NCBI GenBank assembly: GCA_017631635.1
Contig: JAGBSX010000048.1
Location: 5,626 to 69,625, forward strand
From: Clostridia bacterium
Lineage (GTDB): Bacteria > Bacillota > Clostridia > Christensenellales > RUG350
Direction of reading: 5' to 3'
Length of the DNA: 64,000 nt
Shown here in pieces: positions 9,119 through 19,045 of the stretch (the first letter of the stretch is position 1; each line of letters opens with the position of its first letter). The notes beneath the pieces are model-generated. The model saw only the letters and a list, made by a program, of their open reading frames with translations. It had not been told where the DNA came from and ran no database searches. The position numbers and the translations under genes are program-made.

Positions 9119-11515
9119 ATGGATATTAGAGGATATATCTCAAACAACATAGTATATCTAGACGGTGGTATGGGAACTCTACTGCAAGGTAGAGGTCTGC
9201 GCCCAGGTGAATTGCCAGAGAGGTGGAATATATCTCACCCTGATATCATCACTCAAATACACGCCGACTACTTTGACGCAGGTAGCAATATCGTGAGCAC
9301 AAATACCTTCGGCGCAAATATTCTCAAATACGATATAGATGAACTCACCCAAATAGTGCATAGCGCGATAGACAACGCGAGGAGCGCTATCGCTCTATCT
9401 ACCTCCCCTCAACCCAAGTGGGTGGCGTTAGATATAGGACCTATAGGTCGTATGCTCAAGCCTTATGGAGAGGTGAGTTTTGACGAGGCTGTCGAGATAT
9501 TCGCTAAGACTGTACGCATAGGTGTAGAGTATGGAGTGGATTTGGTATTTGTAGAGACTATGAATGACAGTTATGAGACCAAAGCAGCCGTAGTGGCAGT
9601 CAAAGAAAACTGTGATTTGCCACTCTTTGTTTCCAATGCTTATTCTGATGACGACAAACTAATGACTGGCGCTACTCCAGAGGCTATGGTGGCTATGCTA
9701 GAGGGACTAGGAGTAGATGCTATAGGTGTCAATTGCTCCTACGGTCCTACCAAGACTGCCAAGGTGATAGAGGAGTATCTTAGGTACGCATCCGTACCTG
9801 TCATAATGAAGCCAAACGCAGGACTACCTACGGTGGTAGGGGGAGAGACTATATTTGACTTGTCTGCAGAGGACTTCGGTCGAGAGGTGGCTAGATGCGT
9901 GGAGGCTGGCGTGAGGATATGTGGAGGATGCTGTGGTACTACTCCTGAGTACGTCAGACGTATGGTAGAGTGTAGCGAGGGTATCAAGCCAAAGGCTATC
10001 TGCCACAAAAACCGTACGGTAGTATCCTCATACACGCACGCCGTATCGCTAGAAGATAAGCCTATACTCATAGGAGAGCGCATCAACCCTACCGGCAAGC
10101 CTAGATTTAAGGAGGCATTGAGAAACGCAGATATAGACTACATACTTTCCGAGGGTATCTCCCAACAAGACAAAGGAGTGCATATACTAGACGTCAACGT
10201 GGGATTGCCAGAGATAGACGAGGCAGATATGCTCGAGAGGGTAGTGAGTGAGTTGCAGGGAGTAGTGGACCTACCTCTACAGATAGATACGTCCAACGTC
10301 TTGGCTATGGCTAGGGCGCTCAGAATATACAACGGCAAGGCTATGCTAAATAGTGTCAACGGCAAGCAGGAGAGTATGGATAGCATATTCCCTCTAGCCA
10401 AGAAGTACGGAGCAGTCATTATCGCATTGACGTTAGACGAGAGTGGTATACCTGCTACTGCAGAGGGCAGAGTGGAGATAGCGCGCAAGATACTAGACAA
10501 CGCATCTAGGTGGGGTATAGCCAAAGAGGATATAGTATTTGATCCATTGGCTATGACCGTGAGTGCCGACAGTGGTGCAGGCGTGCAGACGCTACGAGCC
10601 GTGCGCATGCTACGAGATATGGGTTGCCACGTGTCGCTAGGTGTGTCCAACGTGTCTTTTGGATTGCCAAATAGAGATTTGCTCAACTCTACCTACTTCA
10701 CTATGGCACTCCAAGAGGGACTCTCTATGGCTATACTCAATCCTAATTCGATAGATATGATGAGAGCGTATTACGCATATACGGCGCTAGTGGGACTAGA
10801 CGACAATTTCTCTAGATACGTGGATTTTGCGAGTACACTCGCCACTACCTCTACGGTGGCTACCAAGGTGGAGATGCCTAAGGCGAAAGACGAGGGGGAC
10901 ACCCCTCTACAATACGCCATTATCAAGGGGCTCAAGGATCAGGCAGGCTCACTCACAGAGAGCCTACTAGAGAGCGTGCCTCCTCTAGAGATAGTGAATA
11001 GTCACATCATACCTGCGCTAGACAAGGTGGGACAAAGTTTTGAGAAAAAGACGACTTATCTACCCCAACTACTCATGAGCGCAGAGGCATCACAAGTGGC
11101 TTTTGAAAAAATCAAATGCAAAATGAGTGGGGACAATGCGATTAGCAAATGTACCTTCGTCATAGCCACGGTAGAGGGAGATATACACGACATAGGCAAA
11201 AATATAGTCAAACTGTTGCTCCAAAATTATGGATACAACGTGATAGACTTGGGCAAAAACGTATCGCCTACGACGATAGTGGACACCGTAGTAGATACTC
11301 ACGCGCCTATAGTGGGATTGAGCGCTTTGATGACTACCACAGTCCCCAGTATGCAAGAGACTATTAGGTTGCTAAGAGATAGAGCCCCTTGGTGCAAGGT
11401 GGTAGTGGGTGGCGCTGTGCTGACGCAAGAATATGCAGACAAGATAGGCGCAGACAAGTACGCCAAAGACGCTATGGCGACCGTGAGATACGCCGAGCAA
11501 ATCAATGAAGGCTAA
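9119..11515 (+). CDS. metH: methionine synthase (homocysteine S-methyltransferase + pterin-binding + B12-binding domains)
   Basis: 798 aa. Has an Hcy-binding GGCCGTTPE motif, a pterin-binding region, and the B12 motif GDIHDIGKN...GLSALMTTT. Confidence 0.9.
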   Translation: MDIRGYISNNIVYLDGGMGTLLQGRGLRPGELPERWNISHPDIITQIHADYFDAGSNIVSTNTFGANILKYDIDELTQIVHSAIDNARSAIALSTSPQPKWVALDIGPIGRMLKPYGEVSFDEAVEIFAKTVRIGVEYGVDLVFVETMNDSYETKAAVVAVKENCDLPLFVSNAYSDDDKLMTGATPEAMVAMLEGLGVDAIGVNCSYGPTKTAKVIEEYLRYASVPVIMKPNAGLPTVVGGETIFDLSAEDFGREVARCVEAGVRICGGCCGTTPEYVRRMVECSEGIKPKAICHKNRTVVSSYTHAVSLEDKPILIGERINPTGKPRFKEALRNADIDYILSEGISQQDKGVHILDVNVGLPEIDEADMLERVVSELQGVVDLPLQIDTSNVLAMARALRIYNGKAMLNSVNGKQESMDSIFPLAKKYGAVIIALTLDESGIPATAEGRVEIARKILDNASRWGIAKEDIVFDPLAMTVSADSGAGVQTLRAVRMLRDMGCHVSLGVSNVSFGLPNRDLLNSTYFTMALQEGLSMAILNPNSIDMMRAYYAYTALVGLDDNFSRYVDFASTLATTSTVATKVEMPKAKDEGDTPLQYAIIKGLKDQAGSLTESLLESVPPLEIVNSHIIPALDKVGQSFEKKTTYLPQLLMSAEASQVAFEKIKCKMSGDNAISKCTFVIATVEGDIHDIGKNIVKLLLQNYGYNVIDLGKNVSPTTIVDTVVDTHAPIVGLSALMTTTVPSMQETIRLLRDRAPWCKVVVGGAVLTQEYADKIGADKYAKDAMATVRYAEQINEG

Positions 11516-11548
11516 AAGAATATCTCACAAGGCAGGAGAGGATATATT

Positions 11549-12871
11549 ATGAAGAAGAGAAAGGGCAGTTTTTGGGTGACGGTGATATTGTTTAGCCTGA
11601 TAGGTCAGGTGGCGTGGGTAGTAGAGAATATGTATTTCAACGTATTTATCTACAATATGTTTGGGGCATCTGCCGAGGACATATCCCTCATGGTAGGCGC
11701 GTCCTCTGTGGCGGCTACCCTCACGACACTACTCGTGGGAGCATTGTCCGACAAGGTGGGCAAGCGAAAGATATTCATCACAGGAGGATATATCCTCTGG
11801 GGTGTGTCTATACTAGGATTTTCGCTAGTGCGTACCGACGTGATAAGCGCTATATTCCCTACGGCGACCTCCGTGTCGGCTATATGTATCACGATAGCCA
11901 TCATACTAGACTGTGTGATGACCTTCTTCGGATCTAGTGCCAACGACGCTTGTTTTAATGCGTGGCTCACCGACGTCACGGAGGAAAAAAGCCGTGGAGC
12001 AGTCGAGGGTGTCAATGCTATGATGCCACTCATGGCGATACTAGTAGTATTCGGTGGGTTTATGGCATTTGACCTACGAGAGCAGTCTAGTTGGGTGACT
12101 ATATTTATGGTGATAGGTATAGTAGTCGTCATAGTAGGCGTGCTATCTATATTTTTGGTCAAAGACGACGTCAAGACGGTAGAGGGGCAAGATAGCAGTT
12201 ATTTCAAAAATATAATCTACGGCTTTAGACCATCTGTCATCAAGGCAAATCCCGTGCTATATCTCACGATAATCGCCTTTGCCGTATTTGGTATATCTAT
12301 CCAAGTATTTATGCCGTATCTCATACTGTACTACGAGGTGTCGCTAGATATGGCTGACTACGTATTCATAATGGCTCCTGCCATCATCATAGCAGGTATA
12401 GTGACTGCTGTGTACGGTAGGTATTATGACAAGGTGGGATTTGTCGGTTCTATTATTCCTAGTCTCATCTCATTGAGCGCAGGCTACGTGGTGCTATCTA
12501 TATTTATCGATACGGTGCTAGTTTTTGTAGGCTCGCTACTCATGATGATAGGATACCTCACGGGTATGGCTGTATTTGGCGCTATGATTAGGGACAATAC
12601 CCCTATAGGCAAGGTAGGAGTATTTCAAGGACTACGCATAGTAGGACAAGTGCTAATACCTGGTATCATAGGACCTATGATAGGCGCTATGCTACTAGCC
12701 AACGCAGACACCATAGTAGGCTCTGACGGTGTGACCAACTTCGTACCAAACCAAAGTATATTTGTAGGAGCATTGGCAGTAGTGGTGCTAGTGGCAGTAT
12801 GCGTGCTAGTGCTAAATCGTGTGATAAAAAACAAATCAAGAGAGGCCCTAGATGATACTAACTCTAACTGA
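11549..12871 (+). CDS. MFS transporter
   Basis: 440 aa, about 12 hydrophobic segments, loop motif SDKVGKRK. Confidence 0.7.
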   Translation: MKKRKGSFWVTVILFSLIGQVAWVVENMYFNVFIYNMFGASAEDISLMVGASSVAATLTTLLVGALSDKVGKRKIFITGGYILWGVSILGFSLVRTDVISAIFPTATSVSAICITIAIILDCVMTFFGSSANDACFNAWLTDVTEEKSRGAVEGVNAMMPLMAILVVFGGFMAFDLREQSSWVTIFMVIGIVVVIVGVLSIFLVKDDVKTVEGQDSSYFKNIIYGFRPSVIKANPVLYLTIIAFAVFGISIQVFMPYLILYYEVSLDMADYVFIMAPAIIIAGIVTAVYGRYYDKVGFVGSIIPSLISLSAGYVVLSIFIDTVLVFVGSLLMMIGYLTGMAVFGAMIRDNTPIGKVGVFQGLRIVGQVLIPGIIGPMIGAMLLANADTIVGSDGVTNFVPNQSIFVGALAVVVLVAVCVLVLNRVIKNKSREALDDTNSN

Positions 12872-13403
12872 CAGTAACTAATAGAATTGTGAAAAACTAC
12901 ACAAATGTGTAGTTTTTTTCATTTTCTACTAAAACAATTGCAAATTCTACAAGTATTTGAAAAAAAGTAAAAAGTATGCGCGTATAGATTGAAATTGCCA
13001 AGATACTGTGTTAAAATGAAGGTATGATATTTTGATAAAAGAGGTGTCGTATGAAAAACTTTTATCTTACAGACGATTTGAGATGTCCTCCATAGAGGAG
13101 AGCGTAGTAGGAGAGGACGTAGAGATAGAGTATACAAAGTAGATAGCGTAGACCGACTTGTTTACGAAGGTAGAGGTACTACCTGCGTGGTGGAGGAGGG
13201 AGAGTACTACGTAGTAGCCGTATGCGATATAGGCGAAGGTAGTAGGTCTCTACGCCGAAGAACAAATACCAAAGTGGCTCATTGGGACAACAGACCTGAC
13301 CTAGGATTTGTGAGAGACACTCGTAGCAACGAACACGGATATCCTGGTTTTCTATATATGACAAACCAAGATATGCCTATATTAAATTATCCGGAGGATT
13401 AGT

Positions 13404-13910
13404 ATGACGGCAATCAAGATAATACTCAAAGACAAGAGAGAGATGAATATAATGCTAGATGAAGAAAATGCGCCTATTAGTTGCGCCAACTTTTTGAGAC
13501 TAGTGGACGACGGTTTTTATGAGGGACTATGTTTTCATAGAGTTATAGCGAACTTTATGATACAAGGAGGAGGCTTTGAGTGGGGCGCAGGTCTAGTGGA
13601 CAAGGCGTCTCCATACGGGGCTATCAAGGGCGAATTCGCTATCAATGGAGTCAACAATCCTATCAAACACGAGGTGGGAGTGATATCTATGGCTCGTACC
13701 AACGTCAAGGATAGCGCCACCTCTCAATTCTTCATCTGCGTAGCAGACGTACCATATCTAGACGGTCAATACGCTGCATTTGGCAAGACTATGGACGAGG
13801 AGAGCAAGCAGGTCGCTATCGACATATCCACCGTACCTACAGGTAGGTGGGGATGGTACGACGACGTGCCTAGAGACCCTATCGTCATAGACAAAATCGT
13901 GCGTATATGA
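13404..13910 (+). CDS. ppiB: peptidyl-prolyl cis-trans isomerase, cyclophilin type
   Basis: FHRVIANFMIQGGG, SMARTN..DSATSQFFI: cyclophilin signature. Confidence 0.9.
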   Translation: MTAIKIILKDKREMNIMLDEENAPISCANFLRLVDDGFYEGLCFHRVIANFMIQGGGFEWGAGLVDKASPYGAIKGEFAINGVNNPIKHEVGVISMARTNVKDSATSQFFICVADVPYLDGQYAAFGKTMDEESKQVAIDISTVPTGRWGWYDDVPRDPIVIDKIVRI

Positions 13911-14638
13911 TGAAAGACAAGAATACCACTACTTTGACCAAGGTGCTAAATGTAGTGGCTAGTATCATATTTGGCATATCGCTAGTGGTGTGTAGTGTGA
14001 TAGGTGGATTTGCCACTTTCGCCACCGACGCAGATTATTATAGAGAGGTACAGAGTGGGCTGGGAGTCACTCCTAGCAGGATAGGACTATCTAGCGAAGA
14101 AAATATGATGATAGCCAACGAAAGCCTAGCAGACTATATGGCAGGTCGCATAGACGATATGCAGGTGATAGTCACCAACTACGGAGCAGAGCAACCTCTA
14201 TGGTCTAGTCAAGCCATATCTCATATGAAAGACGTGAGGGACCTAGTCCAACTATGGAGTACCATAGCGATAGTGCTAGTGGTATATATGGTAGGATATA
14301 TCGTGTATCGAGTCAGGGACAAGAGTGGCAGGCTCAAACTGTGTAGTGACGTAGTGAGTACCTACTGTATCGTAGGTATAGTGATAGGGATTATCGCCGT
14401 ATCGGTACTCGTATTTGGCTTTAACGACGTGTTCGTGATATTTCACAAGTTATTTTTCTCAAACAACGACTGGCTATTTGCACCTAGCGATTTGATAGTC
14501 AGGCTACTGCCAGAGAAATTTTTCTTGACTATGGCTGTGCGAGGAGGTATTACCGTGCTGAGTGTGGTGGCTATCACTCTAATCTCTGCTATCATATATA
14601 GAAAAGTAGCCAATAGACAAATCGACAAAAAGGACTAA
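13907..14638 (+). CDS. TIGR01906/DUF1461 integral membrane protein (Lit-like lipoprotein intramolecular transacylase family)
   Basis: FHKLFFSNNDWLFAPSDLIVRLLPEKFF matches the family signature. 4-nt overlap with ppiB. Confidence 0.65.
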   Translation: MMKDKNTTTLTKVLNVVASIIFGISLVVCSVIGGFATFATDADYYREVQSGLGVTPSRIGLSSEENMMIANESLADYMAGRIDDMQVIVTNYGAEQPLWSSQAISHMKDVRDLVQLWSTIAIVLVVYMVGYIVYRVRDKSGRLKLCSDVVSTYCIVGIVIGIIAVSVLVFGFNDVFVIFHKLFFSNNDWLFAPSDLIVRLLPEKFFLTMAVRGGITVLSVVAITLISAIIYRKVANRQIDKKD

Positions 14639-14770
14639 TCGCCAAGATTAGACCTTTTTTAGTAAGTGAGTAGAGTGGGGGGTTTTGCAAAAGGTTTGCA
14701 ATTTGTATCAAAAGGTGCTATACTGTAGGTGACGAGGGGCGTTGCCCTACTTTTATAAGGAGATGAAAAA

Positions 14771-15940
14771 GTGGATAAGAAGATAAGAGTGGCTATGTTC
14801 GTGGACAGTTTTGGGGCTATGGACGGAGTAGTCAACGTAGTCAAACAATATAGCAAACTACTCTCCGATAGAGCAGAGGTGACCATAGTAGCCCCCAAGA
14901 CTACCTCCAAAGAGGACAATAGTATAGAGGGCGTAGAGATACTCCGTTGCGCATCTATACACGTGCCGATAGTTAATTATGATTACGGCATACCAGAACT
15001 AGACGGCAAATTTCTCAAAGAAATCAAGGATAGGAGTTTTGATATAATTCACCTTCACTCTCCCTTCAACTTGGGCAAGTTGGCTATCAAGATAGGTAAA
15101 GAACTAGATATCCCCGTAGTAGCCACATTTCACTCTCAATTTAAGCAAGATTTTAAGTTGGCGCTAGGGCTAGACTCTCTAGCAGAGGCTTGGCTAAAGG
15201 ACATAGTCAAGGTGTTTAACGCTTGCTACGAGGTGTGGCCTGTCAATAGCAAGGTGCAGGAGATACTATACGAGTATGGATACGTAGGCAATAGTACGGT
15301 CATCACCAATGCTACCGAGATGAAACCTCTAGAGGGGGATTATCGTAGCGAGGTAGACAAGATGTATGGTCTCAAAGCCGACCAACCTATGTTTTTATTT
15401 GTAGGGCGTATCATTACTCTCAAGAACGTATTGTATATAGTAGAGGTAATGAGGGCGCTTAGGGAGAGAGGTTTTGACTTCAAGATGGTGTACGTAGGAG
15501 ATGGCTACGCCAAAGCGCAAGTCAAGTCCCTCATCAAGAAGTACAAACTAGAAGACTACGTGATACTACCTGGCAAGTTGTCCAATAGAGAAGACTTGGC
15601 AAAGGTATACCAGAGGGCAAATCTAGTGGTATTTCCCTCATACTACGACGCCGATTCGCTATGCAAATACGAGGCTGCATCCCAGAGCACACCTACTATT
15701 TTCGCCGAAGGTGCTGCCACTATAGGTGGTGTCAAGGACGAGGTGGACGGATACGTCGCCTCTGGCGAGGACGAATATCAGTTCGCAGATAGGATTATAG
15801 AGATATTTGAGGACAAGCCCAAGTATCTAGAGGTGTGCAAAAACACCTATGATAGACTATATCACACTTGGACAGACGTGGTAGACAAGGTGTATGACAA
15901 TTATTTGAGAGTCATTAGCGAATACCACTTTGGCAAATAG
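14771..15940 (+). CDS. GT4-family glycosyltransferase
   Basis: GTG start after AAGGAG. Reads as a GT-B fold, with a C-terminal FPSYYDADSLCKYEA region (E-x7-E-like). Confidence 0.7.
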   Translation: MDKKIRVAMFVDSFGAMDGVVNVVKQYSKLLSDRAEVTIVAPKTTSKEDNSIEGVEILRCASIHVPIVNYDYGIPELDGKFLKEIKDRSFDIIHLHSPFNLGKLAIKIGKELDIPVVATFHSQFKQDFKLALGLDSLAEAWLKDIVKVFNACYEVWPVNSKVQEILYEYGYVGNSTVITNATEMKPLEGDYRSEVDKMYGLKADQPMFLFVGRIITLKNVLYIVEVMRALRERGFDFKMVYVGDGYAKAQVKSLIKKYKLEDYVILPGKLSNREDLAKVYQRANLVVFPSYYDADSLCKYEAASQSTPTIFAEGAATIGGVKDEVDGYVASGEDEYQFADRIIEIFEDKPKYLEVCKNTYDRLYHTWTDVVDKVYDNYLRVISEYHFGK

Positions 15941-15949
15941 GAGGGCTAG

Positions 15950-17107
15950 ATGAAACCAAAGGTAGTATTTACTTTTGTCGAGGCAGGTATGGGACATATA
16001 ATGCCTGCTACGGGATTGGCAGATGCATTTGAGAGTAAGTACGGAGACAAGTGCGAGGTCGTCAGGCTCAAGATATTTTCTCAAAGCCCACACGAGTGCG
16101 TCCAAAAGTACGGTCAATCTCTCGCAGACGACGTCAAGAAACTAGGCTCTAGCGACATATATGCGTGGGGAGAGTGGTTCTTTAGCGAACTAATCGGTAG
16201 CAAAAACACTCTCAAGTTTTTGGACAATCTATACAAAGATGCTAGAGAGTTGATACTAGACGGACTGGAAGAACTCAATCCTGATTTGATATTTAGCACC
16301 TATTATTCTCCATCACACTTCGCTATACAGGCGAGAGAGCAGGGTAGGATAGATAGCATCATAGGTTCATATTCGCCAGACCCCGAGATATACGCCGCGT
16401 GGGATAGGAGAGGGGACTTCTTCATCACCAACAACGAGAGGGCGTACCGTCAAGCGATTGACAAAGGGTGCGAGAGAGTATATCAAATCCCCTTTATCTA
16501 TCGCAAGGAGATAGAGGAGGCTTCTAGTATATCCAAAGAGGATATGCGAGATAGACTAGGTCTACCTAGAGACAAATTCACCGTGCTACTCAGCGACGGT
16601 GCTTATGGTCAAAAAAATCTAGTGAGATTTACCAAGGCGCTACTAGACAGCGAATTACCTATCAGCATAGTGTCTATCTGTGGCAAAAATCAACAAGCCT
16701 ACGAAGAACTAAAATCCCTCAAGCCAAAGAGTGAAGATACGTATTTCTTGCCACTAGGATTTGCGACGAATATGCTAGAGTATTTGCGTTCGGCAGATAT
16801 GTTCGCAGGTAAAGGTGGCTCAAATGCGATAAACGAGGCGTTTTACTTTGGATTGCCAGTAGTGGTGAGCGCATTTGCCAATATGCTCGAGAAACAGACT
16901 GCCACCTATTTCTTGATAGAGAGAGGGCTAGGCAAGATTATCAAAAATCCTAATAAATTCGTAGCCTTCGTGAGACACCTGCTAGACAATCCTAGCGAAG
17001 TGGACAGTTATAGAGAAAAACTTGTCTCCCACCACGATAGTACGGGTGCTAGTCAAGGAGCAGACATTATCTACCAAATGCTAAAAGAAAAATATCCAAA
17101 TCTATAA
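15950..17107 (+). CDS. MGDG-synthase/UgtP-like (GT28) diacylglycerol glycosyltransferase
   Basis: N-terminal VEAGMGHIMPA and C-terminal GKGGSNAINEA are typical of this family. Adjacent to the GT4 gene. Confidence 0.6.
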   Translation: MKPKVVFTFVEAGMGHIMPATGLADAFESKYGDKCEVVRLKIFSQSPHECVQKYGQSLADDVKKLGSSDIYAWGEWFFSELIGSKNTLKFLDNLYKDARELILDGLEELNPDLIFSTYYSPSHFAIQAREQGRIDSIIGSYSPDPEIYAAWDRRGDFFITNNERAYRQAIDKGCERVYQIPFIYRKEIEEASSISKEDMRDRLGLPRDKFTVLLSDGAYGQKNLVRFTKALLDSELPISIVSICGKNQQAYEELKSLKPKSEDTYFLPLGFATNMLEYLRSADMFAGKGGSNAINEAFYFGLPVVVSAFANMLEKQTATYFLIERGLGKIIKNPNKFVAFVRHLLDNPSEVDSYREKLVSHHDSTGASQGADIIYQMLKEKYPNL

Positions 17108-17114
17108 AGAGATA

Positions 17115-17145
17115 AACCACGAAAGGTAAACTTTCGTGGTTTTTT
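17115..17145 (+). terminator. intrinsic terminator
   Basis: AACCACGAAAG-GTAAA-CTTTCGTGGTT followed by TTTTT. Confidence 0.8.
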
Positions 17146-17214
17146 ATTTGGCAAAGTGAGGAGTTGGCAAACGAGAAAATTTACCTCAAAAAGAACACAC
17201 CTTGTCACAAAGAT

Positions 17215-17260
17215 TTGACAAGGACAAACTATCCATTTATAATTATATGGATAATTATAA
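17215..17260 (+). promoter_or_regulatory. promoter of the McrB-like gene with an overlapping palindrome
   Basis: TTGACA (17215-17220), 17 nt, TATAAT (17238-17243). Perfect 10-bp inverted repeat TTATAATTAT-atgg-ATAATTATAA at 17237-17260. Confidence 0.55.
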
Positions 17261-17278
17261 CAAAAAAACGGGGTATTT

Positions 17279-19042
17279 ATGAAAAAAGATAACAATTCTA
17301 CTCCCAACAACGTAAATATATTTAGCGTATTGAGTTCCAAGACTACTAGAAACGCTATCATCATAGTTATGCTGATATTGAGTATATTTGGTATGATTAT
17401 GATAGATGAGTCTAACTTCATCAGGACGGACTATTTTGCGTTTTTGGAGAGCAATATAGCAGTAGACTTTATGACGATATTCGGCATAGAGAGGTTTAAT
17501 ATTAGTTCTGGAGCGTGGGTGCTATTCTTCGCCATATTTTTGGTGACACTCATATTGCTAATAGGCAATATGGTCGAGAGACAGGTACTCAAGGATAAGC
17601 CTGGTATATTGAACAAAGTGTGGTATTATCTCTCCCTAGTGCTTATATGTGGAGCAGTAGTATTCGTAGCGTATATGCTAGGAGCATTTGAGGAGGTCAG
17701 CAAGAGTGCCGACGTCCTAGCCAACCTGCTATACACCCTACTACTATGTTTGATACTAGTGCTAATCATACCCGTACTCATAGTAGCCCTACTATATCTC
17801 ATCAAGGGTGCTATCATAGCGATTAGATGGCTTATCAAATTCTTTATGTCCACCTCATCTGCCAAGACTGTGGCTATAGAGGACACGGTCACGGTATCTG
17901 CAGACGGTATAGAAGGGGTTAACTTCGGCGATAGTAGTGACGAGCCATTGTCTACCGAGCAAATATTCCCTGCACTAGTGCGTATAGACAATATGCCAGT
18001 AGATGAGCCTGTGGTCAACGTGGATATAACTCTAGAGCAACTAGCACTACAATTTCAATCCTATGCTATACACCATCATCAGATATACTATGGACTACCA
18101 CTTATTCGTTCGTTTGTAGCAGGACTAGCCACCTCTAGGCTACTCATACTAGAGGGACTCAGTGGTACTGGCAAGTCAATGCTACCTAGACTATTTACCC
18201 AATTTATAAATTCGACTTCTTTCTTCTCCCCTGTGCAAGCCACCTGGAGAGACAAGACTGACGTGTTAGGTTTTTATAGCGAATTTGCCAAGACGTTTAA
18301 GTCAACGGGATTTTTGGAGAGTTTGTACAAAGCATCATATAGCGACAAGGCAAATATAATGGTGCTAGATGAGATGAACCTATCTCGTATAGAGTACTAC
18401 TTCGCAGATTTTCTATCCGTCATAGAGTACCCTGCCGAGGAGTGGAAGATACGTATATACGAGCCTCAAGTAGGTCAGGTGCTACCAGCCAAATTGCCTG
18501 ACGGCTACGTGAGAGTGCCTACAAATACTTGGTTCGTAGGTACTGCTAATACCGACGATAGTACCTTCATCATCACCGACAAGGTGTACGACCGTGCTAT
18601 CATCATAGACTTCGCAGAGAAGGTATTGCCTATAGAGAGTGATTATTGCTCTGACGATATCAATTTGTCTGCAGATGGATTGACTAGACTATTTGAGGAG
18701 GCTCAAAGAGACTCGTCCAAGTGTCTCACTAGCCAAGAGATAGAGAAGTTCTACAAGTTGTGCGACTTCATGAGTGAGAAACTCGACGTGCGATTTGGCA
18801 ATCGTATTATGGTGCAGATAGAGAATTTCGTACCTGTATACGTAGCGCTAGGTGGCTCAAAGGAGGAGGCTCTAGACTTCATGTTCGCACGCAAGATCTT
18901 GCGAAAAGCAGACGGACTATTTGGCGATTACGTCAAGGAGGAACTAGTCAACCTCACCAAACTAATGCACTCTTTGTATGGAAAGGGGGTATTTGTCGAG
19001 AGTGAGAAAGTTATCGCCAAACTTACCAAGAGGTTGGGCTAA
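17279..19042 (+). CDS. McrB-type AAA+ NTPase fused to an N-terminal 4-5 TM domain
   Basis: Walker A GLSGTGKS; VQATWRDKTDVLGFY; Walker B plus the McrB signature VLDEMNLSRIEYYFADFLSVIE; WFVGTANTDDS. The first ~190 aa contain hydrophobic helices such as AWVLFFAIFLVTLILLIGNMV and LLYTLLLCLILVLIIPVLIVALLYLI. Confidence 0.7.
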   Translation: MKKDNNSTPNNVNIFSVLSSKTTRNAIIIVMLILSIFGMIMIDESNFIRTDYFAFLESNIAVDFMTIFGIERFNISSGAWVLFFAIFLVTLILLIGNMVERQVLKDKPGILNKVWYYLSLVLICGAVVFVAYMLGAFEEVSKSADVLANLLYTLLLCLILVLIIPVLIVALLYLIKGAIIAIRWLIKFFMSTSSAKTVAIEDTVTVSADGIEGVNFGDSSDEPLSTEQIFPALVRIDNMPVDEPVVNVDITLEQLALQFQSYAIHHHQIYYGLPLIRSFVAGLATSRLLILEGLSGTGKSMLPRLFTQFINSTSFFSPVQATWRDKTDVLGFYSEFAKTFKSTGFLESLYKASYSDKANIMVLDEMNLSRIEYYFADFLSVIEYPAEEWKIRIYEPQVGQVLPAKLPDGYVRVPTNTWFVGTANTDDSTFIITDKVYDRAIIIDFAEKVLPIESDYCSDDINLSADGLTRLFEEAQRDSSKCLTSQEIEKFYKLCDFMSEKLDVRFGNRIMVQIENFVPVYVALGGSKEEALDFMFARKILRKADGLFGDYVKEELVNLTKLMHSLYGKGVFVESEKVIAKLTKRLG

Positions 19043-19045
19043 TCA

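Noticed and set aside
9179-11505. Numerous antisense or out-of-frame ORFs inside metH (for example 10138..10686, 9739..10098, 11149..11367).
   Set aside because: They lie entirely within a confidently identified 798-aa MetH gene. They have no RBS and give Ser/Thr/Ile-rich translations typical of shadow frames. The same reasoning applies to the other nested track ORFs across the window.
13187-13402. Track ORF 13187..13402 (71 aa) as a real gene.
   Set aside because: It has a GTG start with no RBS, and its frame is open far upstream without a start. No family is recognisable. It is treated as part of an ambiguous leader or degraded gene (see the finding at 12989-13403).
17071-17421. Minus-strand ORF 17071..17421, and similar intergenic ORFs (23639..23962, 12919..13137, 55550..55762).
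   Set aside because: They span terminators or promoters or overlap the starts of well-supported genes. They lack an RBS and have low-complexity or hydrophobic nonsense composition.
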